64,000 bases of DNA, from positions 32,001-96,000 of IMG/VR virus record IMGVR_UViG_2974786931_000001. One strand, written 5' to 3'. Under the pieces are notes generated by a model. It saw only the letters and a list, made by a program, of their open reading frames with translations, was not told where the DNA came from and made no database searches. Each line of letters starts with the position of its first letter. The first letter of the stretch is position 1. Origin of the DNA: a virus. Its lineage: Duplodnaviria > Caudoviricetes. Positions 37,178 through 44,361 of the stretch are shown here, in pieces. The translations under genes and the position numbers were made by a program.

Positions 37178-37357
37178 TTAGCTCCAATAATGAACACATT
37201 TGTTAATTTGATTTGTTAATAATTCATTGACACAATTACGACAAATAGGAAATAAGCCATTATCAGAATTAGCTGACTTTTTAAATTCTTTTGTAGACAG
37301 CTTTTCTTTGCATTGCTTGCATTTAATAGTCTTCTGAACTTTCGAAATCTTCATCAT
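37178..37357 (-). CDS. Small zinc-finger protein
   Basis: CKQC...CRNC; start uncertain. Confidence 0.55.
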   Translation of the reverse strand: MMKISKVQKTIKCKQCKEKLSTKEFKKSANSDNGLFPICRNCVNELLTNQINKCVHYWS

Positions 37358-37586
37358 AATCAGAGTCCCATGATTGACTATGGAGTTTAGAAACAATATC
37401 ATGAATAGCTACTTCACGTTCTTCGGAACAATTATCACCAGTTGCAGTTTCGAATTCTGCAATTTTACCAATATGATACATTTCATTACGTAATGCATAT
37501 TCTATGTCCGATGTTGAATCATCAGGCCCATAAGAATACAAATAATTATCGCCAGATTCGCTTTTAAAAAAAATTGCTACGCTCAT
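37323..37586 (-). CDS. e.8-like acidic protein
   Basis: MSVAIFFKSESGDNYLYSY; ATGA-coupled to the NTase. Confidence 0.7.
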   Translation of the reverse strand: MSVAIFFKSESGDNYLYSYGPDDSTSDIEYALRNEMYHIGKIAEFETATGDNCSEEREVAIHDIVSKLHSQSWDSDYDEDFESSEDY

Positions 37587-38515
37587 TGTTCACCTCGTGT
37601 GAATGGTTTAACTTTATCAAAGTTTAGTTTAAATCGTTTAACATAATCATTAGGGCCTAGTTTTTTGTACATAGCCATAACAACAAAATAGTTTTCCCAG
37701 GCAAATTCACGGAACCAGCCTGATGTGATGCTTGTACACACTTTCTCAAGAGCCATTTTAAAGCTTAACTCTGAGCCAGGTTTAAAGTTATTAGGAATCT
37801 GCGAACGCTCTAAAGCTAATACACAGGCTTCTTCATATACGCCAGCCAACTGAATCTCTTTAGGCAAAGCCATGAACTTTTCTTTAGAAGTCATTACTTG
37901 GGAATCGTCTTTCATGTAATATTTGTATGCTGGTTTATCAGTTAATGCAATGGCTTCATGAATTGTATCATGGTCATATGTATAGATATCATCTTTAAAG
38001 AATGCATCTTTAGTAACATCTAACACAGGATGTGCATAACTCAAAGTTTCTTTTTGGCGCAATTTTACAATATCTTCAAGATATGACGTCAAACGAATAT
38101 CTTTATTACGCAAGAAGCGAATATGGTGTTGTGTCTTCTCAAAAAATGGATTATTCTTTTTATAACGATGTGACAATTTAATAGCCAAACACATTTCAGG
38201 TGTGGCCCATTTAAACCCGGTCAAACGATCAAGTCTACAGTTGCCTTCAGCATAATTAAGCAAAAGAGCATTTGAATCTTCATTATGTCCTTCTTTAACA
38301 ATGTACGATTCAAAATGAGTTTCTTTACCACCATGCATACACACAAAAGCGCTCACATTAGGATTAGCTACTTTAACTTCAATGCCAAACATTTTAGATT
38401 TAAAGTCAATCCAATCAGGCTCATCTGCAATAAAATCCCAATCAGAATTTTTTACATCATTAATAGAAATAAGACCTGCATTATACAACGCTCGGGAGCC
38501 GATGACTAATAACAT
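37583..38515 (-). CDS. Uncharacterised Pol-beta-superfamily nucleotidyltransferase-like protein (310 aa)
   Basis: VIGSRAL (hhGS), SDWDFI (DxD) and a third acidic residue in HFESY; GAGG RBS before ATG 38515. Confidence 0.75.
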   Translation of the reverse strand: MLLVIGSRALYNAGLISINDVKNSDWDFIADEPDWIDFKSKMFGIEVKVANPNVSAFVCMHGGKETHFESYIVKEGHNEDSNALLLNYAEGNCRLDRLTGFKWATPEMCLAIKLSHRYKKNNPFFEKTQHHIRFLRNKDIRLTSYLEDIVKLRQKETLSYAHPVLDVTKDAFFKDDIYTYDHDTIHEAIALTDKPAYKYYMKDDSQVMTSKEKFMALPKEIQLAGVYEEACVLALERSQIPNNFKPGSELSFKMALEKVCTSITSGWFREFAWENYFVVMAMYKKLGPNDYVKRFKLNFDKVKPFTRGEQ

Positions 38516-38545
38516 AATATTTTCCTCATTTGTTTCGATAGAAGT

Positions 38546-38575
38546 ACTATAACATGGTCTTATTTGAATGTAAAC
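38546..38575 (-). promoter_or_regulatory. Early promoter
   Basis: GTTTAC-N18-TATAGT. Confidence 0.85.
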
Positions 38576-38787
38576 TAGCAATCTGAACTTGATGAAGTCC
38601 ATACTTGTGGGATAATTTTAATGCTACCTTGGTTTGCACCATATTCATGCACACTGAAAATATCGCTGATATACCCAGAATGAGAAATATGCAGTATTGG
38701 TTCAGCACCTTCTTCGATTGCAACATCAATAAGATTTTCAAGTGCAGTTACAGCATTACGGATTGAAATTTCTAATAGTGCAGACAT
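38575..38787 (-). CDS. WxSS..C-tail micro-protein D
   Basis: Ends WTSSSSDC; AAGGA RBS. Confidence 0.8.
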   Translation of the reverse strand: MSALLEISIRNAVTALENLIDVAIEEGAEPILHISHSGYISDIFSVHEYGANQGSIKIIPQVWTSSSSDC

Positions 38788-38796
38788 AATTATTCC

Positions 38797-39057
38797 TTAG
38801 TTACATTCTTGGGTACTTGAGACCCAGCAACCTTTATTTTCAGAGACATCATACAATGCACGAGTAGTCCATTCCATATCGCCATTAACAGATTTAGCAA
38901 ATGCCTCTTCTTTATCTAAAGCACCTGCTGAATGATATGTCCCACCCATGCCATAAGCTGGATAAATATCGAATGTGGCATTTTCCTTTTCAGCGATTTC
39001 TATTGCTTTATTAATAGCGGCTCTAATAGCTTTTACAGCTTCATCTAGTTCTGACAT
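38797..39057 (-). CDS. WxSS..C-tail micro-protein C
   Basis: Ends WVSSTQECN; AGGAG RBS. Confidence 0.8.
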   Translation of the reverse strand: MSELDEAVKAIRAAINKAIEIAEKENATFDIYPAYGMGGTYHSAGALDKEEAFAKSVNGDMEWTTRALYDVSENKGCWVSSTQECN

Positions 39058-39090
39058 AAATTCTCCTAGGCAGGTTTCCCTGCCATTAAA

Positions 39091-39360
39091 TTAACACAAA
39101 TCGCTTGACGATACCCAACCAGCAGTATGAACTACGCCATCTTCACAATTATCATCAGACATCCAATCAGCTACTTCATAAGCACTATGTTTATAACCTT
39201 CAGGATAATATGTGCTAGTGCTATCATCAAACTCGAAGCTAAACGGAATACCAACTTCATTTGCAATTTTTACAGCTTTAGTGTAAATAAGATTTTCAGC
39301 TTCATCAAGAAGAATTTTAATTGCTGCTTTTGCTGCTAGTTGTTCTGGAGTATAAGACAT
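39091..39360 (-). CDS. WxSS..C-tail micro-protein B
   Basis: Ends WVSSSDLC; AAGGA RBS. Confidence 0.8.
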   Translation of the reverse strand: MSYTPEQLAAKAAIKILLDEAENLIYTKAVKIANEVGIPFSFEFDDSTSTYYPEGYKHSAYEVADWMSDDNCEDGVVHTAGWVSSSDLC

Positions 39361-39373
39361 TTTATTTCCTTAA

Positions 39374-39598
39374 TTAGCAAGAAGATGATTCCCAAATACT
39401 ACCATTTTCAAGAGTACCGAAACCTTCATCATCACCTTCGCCATAGCAAGAAGATGACAACCAATCTTTAAATTCCAGTGTTCCATCATCAGTGTCGACT
39501 TCAATACCATAATTGTTTTGCTCGGCTAATTTAATTACTTCGCCAAACAATTTAGTTAATTCTGAAGCTTTTGCCATTAATTCAGTTGAACGACTCAT
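39374..39598 (-). CDS. WxSS..C-tail micro-protein A (motif duplicated)
   Basis: Internal WLSSSC and terminal WESSSC; GAGG RBS. Confidence 0.8.
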   Translation of the reverse strand: MSRSTELMAKASELTKLFGEVIKLAEQNNYGIEVDTDDGTLEFKDWLSSSCYGEGDDEGFGTLENGSIWESSSC

Positions 39599-39939
39599 TT
39601 ATTACCTCTACAATAAGTTACGAACTCATTTACTGCTTCGAGTTCAGCTAGTTTTTCATGTTGATGTTTCATTTTAATCTTGGTTTCTTGAAGCATTTTA
39701 CTAAGTTTACGGTTCCGTAATCTGGCTGGAAAATAATATATCATCTCTACTATATTAGACCAGAAGAAAGCTAATACCCAAGAAATAAAAACACTTAGTA
39801 TTGTTATTCCTACTACATTAGGCCCATTTATTTCTAGTACTAGAAATCCTGCTGCAAGACTTAAAGTTAGTATAACAGCTATACATACGCCTATACCGCT
39901 TTCAGTATCATATGATATTGGTAATTTAGTTCTTTCCAT
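39595..39939 (-). CDS. e-region membrane protein (e.2-e.4 family)
   Basis: Two TM segments, YFPARLRN, EFVTYCRG. Confidence 0.7.
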   Translation of the reverse strand: MERTKLPISYDTESGIGVCIAVILTLSLAAGFLVLEINGPNVVGITILSVFISWVLAFFWSNIVEMIYYFPARLRNRKLSKMLQETKIKMKHQHEKLAELEAVNEFVTYCRGNK

Positions 39940-40250
39940 TATCTACCTCGGCATTCTGAAATAAAATCTTTAAATGCTTTATATTCTTCGTTATATTTCC
40001 AGCGCTTTTTCATAAGATAATTTCTTACACGAGCAGGGATAAACCAAAGCCACTCAAAGATAAACCAAGCAACTACTGAACATGGTACAGAAATAAGCCA
40101 AGTAGTAATCCAAAATCCAGGAGTTAAGTCTAAATTAATACATGCTACCATAGAAATCAATAAAGATGCTATATTGAAACAAATTAAAGGCATAATAATA
40201 TTATAGCCACATACACGAAATTTAGTAGATTCTTTATGCACGATAATCAC
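39939..40250 (-). CDS. e-region membrane protein (e.2-e.4 family)
   Basis: Two TM segments, FIPARVRN, DFISECRG. Confidence 0.7.
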   Translation of the reverse strand: MIIVHKESTKFRVCGYNIIMPLICFNIASLLISMVACINLDLTPGFWITTWLISVPCSVVAWFIFEWLWFIPARVRNYLMKKRWKYNEEYKAFKDFISECRGR

Positions 40251-40515
40251 CTTTTAAAGTTCGGCGGCATTGATCAATAAAATCTAATAGGTCAAGGTCT
40301 AAATTTTCTATAGGTTGCCATTTGTTATTAAAATAAACTAAATTAGTTCGTTCATTATGAGTGTAATTTTTGACTAATTCATGTAAAGCTAAAAGGGTTT
40401 CTTGATCTGCATCATTGCCGTCATAACAATACATACGAGTGATATCAGCAATTACTATATTATTGTAAATATTAATGTATGAAATACGGTTGTAATCTTT
40501 TGTCGTATAAATCAT
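40234..40515 (-). CDS. e-region hypothetical protein
   Basis: C-terminal DFIDQCRR, shared with neighbours. Confidence 0.7.
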   Translation of the reverse strand: MIYTTKDYNRISYINIYNNIVIADITRMYCYDGNDADQETLLALHELVKNYTHNERTNLVYFNNKWQPIENLDLDLLDFIDQCRRTLKGDYRA

Positions 40516-40525
40516 TTTATCTCCT

Positions 40526-40541
40526 AGGGCTCCGAAGAGCC
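40526..40541 (-). terminator. UUCG hairpin
   Basis: GGGCTC-TTCG-GAGCCC with no U-tract; possibly stabilising. Confidence 0.5.
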
Positions 40542-40550
40542 CTTTCTTAA

Positions 40551-41150
40551 TTATTTCAGGCTATTGATATAATCAGTAACATCAGCGCTTGTAGTAGTCA
40601 TTGCTGGATCAGAACCGTTGAATGTATCAACACGCATCAAGATGGTATCAATATCAATCTTAGTCAATTCAGCCAGTTCAATAACACTTTCTGAAGTATC
40701 AAGACCCATTGAATTAGCGGCTTTAGATTCACGAATGAATTCAAGCTTAATTGCGATATCTTGTCGCTGTTCATCAAGTTCAACAACAGTTTGCGCAATT
40801 TGAGTCTGCATTTCTACTAACTTAACTGTTTTAGAACGAAGTGCTTCAGCCGTGCGACGATACAAAAGACCTAGTTTAGCATGAGTTACAACATTAGCAT
40901 CTTTATTATCTGCAAGTAGTGCACGGATTTCACGTTCTTTAGAAGCGCCTTGTTTATCTTTCTGATTGGCTAAATCTTCAAGACGAGTAATTTCAGATTT
41001 AGATGTAACATAACGTTGACGAAGAGATTTAATCTTATCAATCAACTGATTAGCCGCATCGGTGTATTGGTCTTCAACCGTAGTATTTTTTGATACAACG
41101 GTGCTGATTTTAGAGCGAACAAAATTCAAAACACTTTTAATAGTTTTCAT
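40551..41150 (-). CDS. e.6: e.6-like coiled-coil (PspA-like) protein
   Basis: TVEDQYT.AA..LID...HAKLGLLYRRTAEAL. Confidence 0.8.
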   Translation of the reverse strand: MKTIKSVLNFVRSKISTVVSKNTTVEDQYTDAANQLIDKIKSLRQRYVTSKSEITRLEDLANQKDKQGASKEREIRALLADNKDANVVTHAKLGLLYRRTAEALRSKTVKLVEMQTQIAQTVVELDEQRQDIAIKLEFIRESKAANSMGLDTSESVIELAELTKIDIDTILMRVDTFNGSDPAMTTTSADVTDYINSLK

Positions 41151-41160
41151 AATTATTCCA

Positions 41161-41460
41161 TTATTTGTAAGTAGGTTTAGACATTTCTTTTAAGTCAATA
41201 ATCATATCGCCGATATCTTTAGAGCAAACATTGAATCTGACACAGATAGCTTGTGAGATATTGAATACTGTAAAATCAGACAAATCAAATGATAATGTTG
41301 TAGTGTGGATCCCTACAACAGATTCTAGAAGAAAAGTTGTCGTAGCAATATTATAACGAGCTATGATACTTTGCGGATTATTGCCGTTATCAATGATGTC
41401 GAATACAATACTATCAATGTGTTCTACGATTACGCTTTTAGTGGTTTTTTGAACTTTCAT
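41161..41460 (-). CDS. Hypothetical early protein
   Basis: Follows an early promoter; GGAG RBS. Confidence 0.7.
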   Translation of the reverse strand: MKVQKTTKSVIVEHIDSIVFDIIDNGNNPQSIIARYNIATTTFLLESVVGIHTTTLSFDLSDFTVFNISQAICVRFNVCSKDIGDMIIDLKEMSKPTYK

Positions 41461-41497
41461 TTTTATCTCCGTTTCTATCTGTTGTTTCGATAGGAGT

Positions 41498-41527
41498 ATA
41501 GTAACATGACTAAAAGTACTTGTACAT
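41498..41527 (-). promoter_or_regulatory. Early promoter (leftward member of a divergent pair)
   Basis: ATGTAC-N18-TACTAT, then ACTCCTATCGAAAC. Confidence 0.8.
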
Positions 41528-41579
41528 ACTTTTATAAAAGAAAATATTTTAAATTAATTTCATTTATTTGCTTTAAAAA

Positions 41580-41609
41580 GTGTACATATGCTTTAAGGCA
41601 GAGTATAAT
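41580..41609 (+). promoter_or_regulatory. Early promoter (rightward member of a divergent pair)
   Basis: AAAAA GTGTAC-N18-TATAAT, then ACTTCTATTGAAAC. Confidence 0.8.
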
Positions 41610-41659
41610 ACTTCTATTGAAACAAAACATGAAAACAAAAACCTTAACGGAGTTATAAA

Positions 41660-41917
41660 ATGAAAACTGAATTATATCAAGTAATCAACGCAGAAACTAA
41701 AGTTAATTGTGAAGCTAAAAAAGCTAAATTAGTTCGTAAATTTCAGAAAAACTTCAACGAATATTGTGCTTTACATTGTAAACAACAAGATTTTGGTGGT
41801 TGGCAAGCTCAGTTTGGTATCTCTAACAATAAAGAAGAACTTCAAACTAAAATGGATGTTCTGGAAAAAGAAAATGAAATGGTTATGGTTGAACTTCTTA
41901 AGTGTGTAAATATGTAA
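41660..41917 (+). CDS. Counter-oriented early helical protein
   Basis: Own promoter, GGAG RBS and terminator. Confidence 0.8.
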   Translation: MKTELYQVINAETKVNCEAKKAKLVRKFQKNFNEYCALHCKQQDFGGWQAQFGISNNKEELQTKMDVLEKENEMVMVELLKCVNM

Positions 41918-41928
41918 GAATAAGAAAC

Positions 41929-41958
41929 AAAAAAGCCACTTCAATTGAAGTGGCTTTT
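41929..41958. terminator. Bidirectional terminator
   Basis: AAAAGCCACTTCA-AT-TGAAGTGGCTTTT. Confidence 0.8.
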
Positions 41959-41963
41959 GGGTA

Positions 41964-42500
41964 TTATAGATTTTTATAGTGACGACCAACATCTCCGACA
42001 AATCCAATCGTTTGAGCTAAACGCCTATTATTATCTTCTGGAATAGCTGACATTTGAAGACCTTTAAGAACTGCGTAAAGATCTGGGGTCTTTCTGATAT
42101 GAACTTCAACACCAGCATTGGCAGAAGATACTTTAGCGTATAATGTAGCCGATAACTTATGAGCTTTATCATATGCAGTCTGTACATCGGCCCAGGCTTT
42201 TTCAAGAGCTTTTACTTCTGATGCAGTAATAGCTTCCTTTTTAACAACAGGCTTAGCAACTGGTTTAGCACTGCCTTTCTTAAAGATTTCGCCAGTAACA
42301 GCAAGTGATTTCCATGCATTGCTTACTTCACTTCCACGAAAACCTTCAGCTTTCATATCACGCGCAAATTGAAAACGTGATTCTTCAGTATTAGTGTATG
42401 AATACTTGCCTGCTTCTACAGCAGAAATAGCTGCAGCTTTAACATCTGATATACTAGCTTCACAAAAAAGCTCTTTTAAAAATTCGCTATATTCTAACAT
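41964..42500 (-). CDS. Internal head protein (CTS-like)
   Basis: MLEYSEFLKELFCEAS; Lys/Pro linker. Confidence 0.7.
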   Translation of the reverse strand: MLEYSEFLKELFCEASISDVKAAAISAVEAGKYSYTNTEESRFQFARDMKAEGFRGSEVSNAWKSLAVTGEIFKKGSAKPVAKPVVKKEAITASEVKALEKAWADVQTAYDKAHKLSATLYAKVSSANAGVEVHIRKTPDLYAVLKGLQMSAIPEDNNRRLAQTIGFVGDVGRHYKNL

Positions 42501-42509
42501 GTTTTGTCC

Positions 42510-43079
42510 TTATTTGCGAGATGCAGCATATTTCTTAGCGGCAGCTGGTAATTCATTTGCCGACTTAACCATATGATTAATTTCTTTATGCATTGGTTGA
42601 GTATATTTTAGAGATTCAATGGCTAGATATAAATTATACAAGTCAGGAGTTTCTAAGTTATTCATACGTTGCCCATTTCGTAACTTATCATATTCTCGGA
42701 CTAATTTAATAGTATCGCCTTCAATATCGTTAAGTAATGACGATAGTTGTTTATATTTTTTAACTAAAGAACTTGTATCGAAACTTAATGCAGGCGCTGG
42801 TTTAGGAGTTTCTACTTTTACTGGAGCTTTAACAGGTGCTTTGGTAGAAGTTGAACCAGCTAAATAAGTATCTAAATGAGCCTTATGCGCACTTATAGTC
42901 TTTTTATACATACTAGGAGCATACACGTTTATACCTAAAGTTTTATGTGCAGCATCTAAAAACTTAGACTCATTTGATAAATCTTTTTTGTCCATAGTAG
43001 AAAAAACTTTAAGCCAATCTGCTTTAGTTACAGCTTCAGAAATAAGCGATTCCTTTAAAAATTCATTGTATTGTAACAT
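42510..43079 (-). CDS. Internal head protein (CTS-like)
   Basis: MLQYNEFLKESLISEA; late promoter upstream. Confidence 0.7.
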   Translation of the reverse strand: MLQYNEFLKESLISEAVTKADWLKVFSTMDKKDLSNESKFLDAAHKTLGINVYAPSMYKKTISAHKAHLDTYLAGSTSTKAPVKAPVKVETPKPAPALSFDTSSLVKKYKQLSSLLNDIEGDTIKLVREYDKLRNGQRMNNLETPDLYNLYLAIESLKYTQPMHKEINHMVKSANELPAAAKKYAASRK

Positions 43080-43109
43080 ATGTGGTCCAATTATTAGTGT
43101 TGATAATTA

Positions 43110-43117
43110 TATTTATA
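43110..43117 (-). promoter_or_regulatory. Late promoter
   Basis: TATAAATA. Confidence 0.8.
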
Positions 43118-43131
43118 ATAGTTTACATGCC

Positions 43132-43155
43132 AAAAAGGAGACCGAAGTCTCCTTT
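43132..43155 (-). terminator. Terminator of the tRNA operon
   Basis: AAAGGAGAC-TTCG-GTCTCCTTTTT. Confidence 0.85.
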
Positions 43156-43300
43156 AGAATCGATACATAAGTTATACACAACTCAAGTACATATTCAACA
43201 AAAAGAACTTAGGGTGTATCCCATCCTTTATGCCTTGCCACTGTATAGAGAAACCTATCCCAGAGGACTTCTAGTAGCGTACTCGAGTTATCTACTAGCC
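43156..43300 (-). ncRNA. Candidate structured RNA of about 145 nt
   Basis: 7-bp hairpin whose 14-nt loop is complementary to 43191-43178. Confidence 0.55.
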
Positions 43301-43302
43301 TT

Positions 43303-43539
43303 TTATTTAGCTTTGCACATGAATTCTGCTACTTCGTCAAAATTATTATGAATATAGTATGTTTTAGGCCGAGTACTTTCATTAGGTTGTACAGTAATCT
43401 TTACAAGGCCAGATATATCTTCTACTAATCCTACTATAGCATTTGATCTAATAACCGCACGATTAATGTTAAGAATTTCGCCAGTGAAAAAAGCTTGGTT
43501 TTCAAGATCAATTTTAATTACAATACGTTCAGAAGACAT
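43303..43539 (-). CDS. Hypothetical protein
   Basis: ORF with GGA RBS inside the tRNA operon. Confidence 0.65.
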   Translation of the reverse strand: MSSERIVIKIDLENQAFFTGEILNINRAVIRSNAIVGLVEDISGLVKITVQPNESTRPKTYYIHNNFDEVAEFMCKAK

Positions 43540-43565
43540 TTTATTTCCGTTTATTGGGAAGAATT

Positions 43566-43641
43566 TGGAGCAGAGTATCGGATTCGAACCGATGTTTACT
43601 GGGTGGAAGTCAATAGTATTAAGCCACTATACGAACTCTGC
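43566..43641 (-). tRNA. tRNA-Gly(UCC)
   Basis: Cloverleaf, loop CTTCCAC, GTTCGAATC and encoded CCA. Confidence 0.9.
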
Positions 43642-43642
43642 G

Positions 43643-43801
43643 TTATTTGTTTTTAGATATTTCTATAGCAGCTAATTGTTTCTCTGCTTTCTTTTTAGAT
43701 GAATGAGTCCCTAGAACTTTAGAACCATCTTCGGTTTTAACTAAGAACTTATCTCCGCTTTTGACAATAATTTCATTTATGAATTCAATATATGTTTTCA
43801 T
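43643..43801 (-). CDS. 52-aa basic internal head protein (CTS)
   Basis: Manual translation MKTYIEFINEIIVKSGDKFLVKTEDGSKVLGTHSSKKKAEKQLAAIEISKNK; GGAGG RBS. Confidence 0.75.
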   Translation of the reverse strand: MKTYIEFINEIIVKSGDKFLVKTEDGSKVLGTHSSKKKAEKQLAAIEISKNK

Positions 43802-43891
43802 ATATCCTCCGGGCAGCTGAATGAAGCCGAATTACCATCTAGAACTCATGAAACATGAGGGAAGAAGAATAATCCTAGACAGCCACAATAT

Positions 43892-43966
43892 TGGCAGGCC
43901 TTGGGTGAATCGAACACCCGTCACTAGGTTTGGAGCCCAGCATAATCGCCACTATACTAAAGACCT
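43892..43966 (-). tRNA. tRNA-Trp(CCA)
   Basis: Cloverleaf, loop CTCCAAA and encoded CCA. Confidence 0.92.
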
Positions 43967-43972
43967 AAAATT

Positions 43973-44112
43973 TGAACAGTCCGCTTGGAGTCGAGCCAAG
44001 TTATATAAAAGTTGATGCTTCTATATATTTTTAGAAGGCCATATCCGTACAATATCCGAACGTTACATCAATAACGCTACTCGGTTTATTGCAAGGATAT
44101 TTCCTCGGACCG
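43973..44112 (-). ncRNA. 140-nt tRNA-like stable RNA (T4 species 1 / RNA C-like)
   Basis: Acceptor-like stem CGGTCCG/CGGACTG, T-arm-like CTTGG-CTCGACT-CCAAG; core GAGGAAATATC...CCGAGTAGCGTT...AACGTTCGGATAT...GATATGGCCTTCT resembles the T4 tRNA-cluster stable RNA from recall. Confidence 0.7.
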
Positions 44113-44118
44113 ATTGAT

Positions 44119-44361
44119 TTAAAACATTTCGAACCATCTATATTGTGTAACTGGTTGGTAATAACCATATGCAAAGTAAGATGCATTTTTATGACATGAA
44201 GCACAATTTATTTCGGCTTCAGCTAAATGGCTATCGACAGTTTCTTTAATTACACTATTAAATTCAGTGCATCCACAAAATACACACTTTATTGGTTCAT
44301 TACTTGTATTGTAATATTTATATTGAAAATATTTAAGCTTTATCTTTGATAATAGGCTCAT
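44119..44361 (-). CDS. Zinc-ribbon hypothetical protein
   Basis: CVFC...CASC. Confidence 0.65.
   Translation of the reverse strand: MSLLSKIKLKYFQYKYYNTSNEPIKCVFCGCTEFNSVIKETVDSHLAEAEINCASCHKNASYFAYGYYQPVTQYRWFEMF

Noticed and set aside
38516-38602. N-terminal extension of the NTase in the ORF track
   Set aside because: It covers the early promoter and RBS; the true start is ATG 38515. Similar over-extensions were trimmed for 45, 55.2, vs.8, 57A, 2 and 9.
43082-43351. Plus-strand 89-aa ORF
   Set aside because: It spans a terminator, a late promoter and the candidate RNA on the opposite strand, and has no RBS.
43802-43890. Canonical HDV-like / theta ribozyme call
   Set aside because: P1, P3, L3 and J4/2 do not match the consensus, so it is kept only as an unclassified structure.
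43973-44010. A fifth tRNA or pseudo-tRNA
   Set aside because: Only an acceptor stem and T-arm are present; they belong to the 140-nt RNA.
43821-44015. Plus-strand 64-aa ORF
   Set aside because: It is antisense to tRNA-Trp and the stable RNA.
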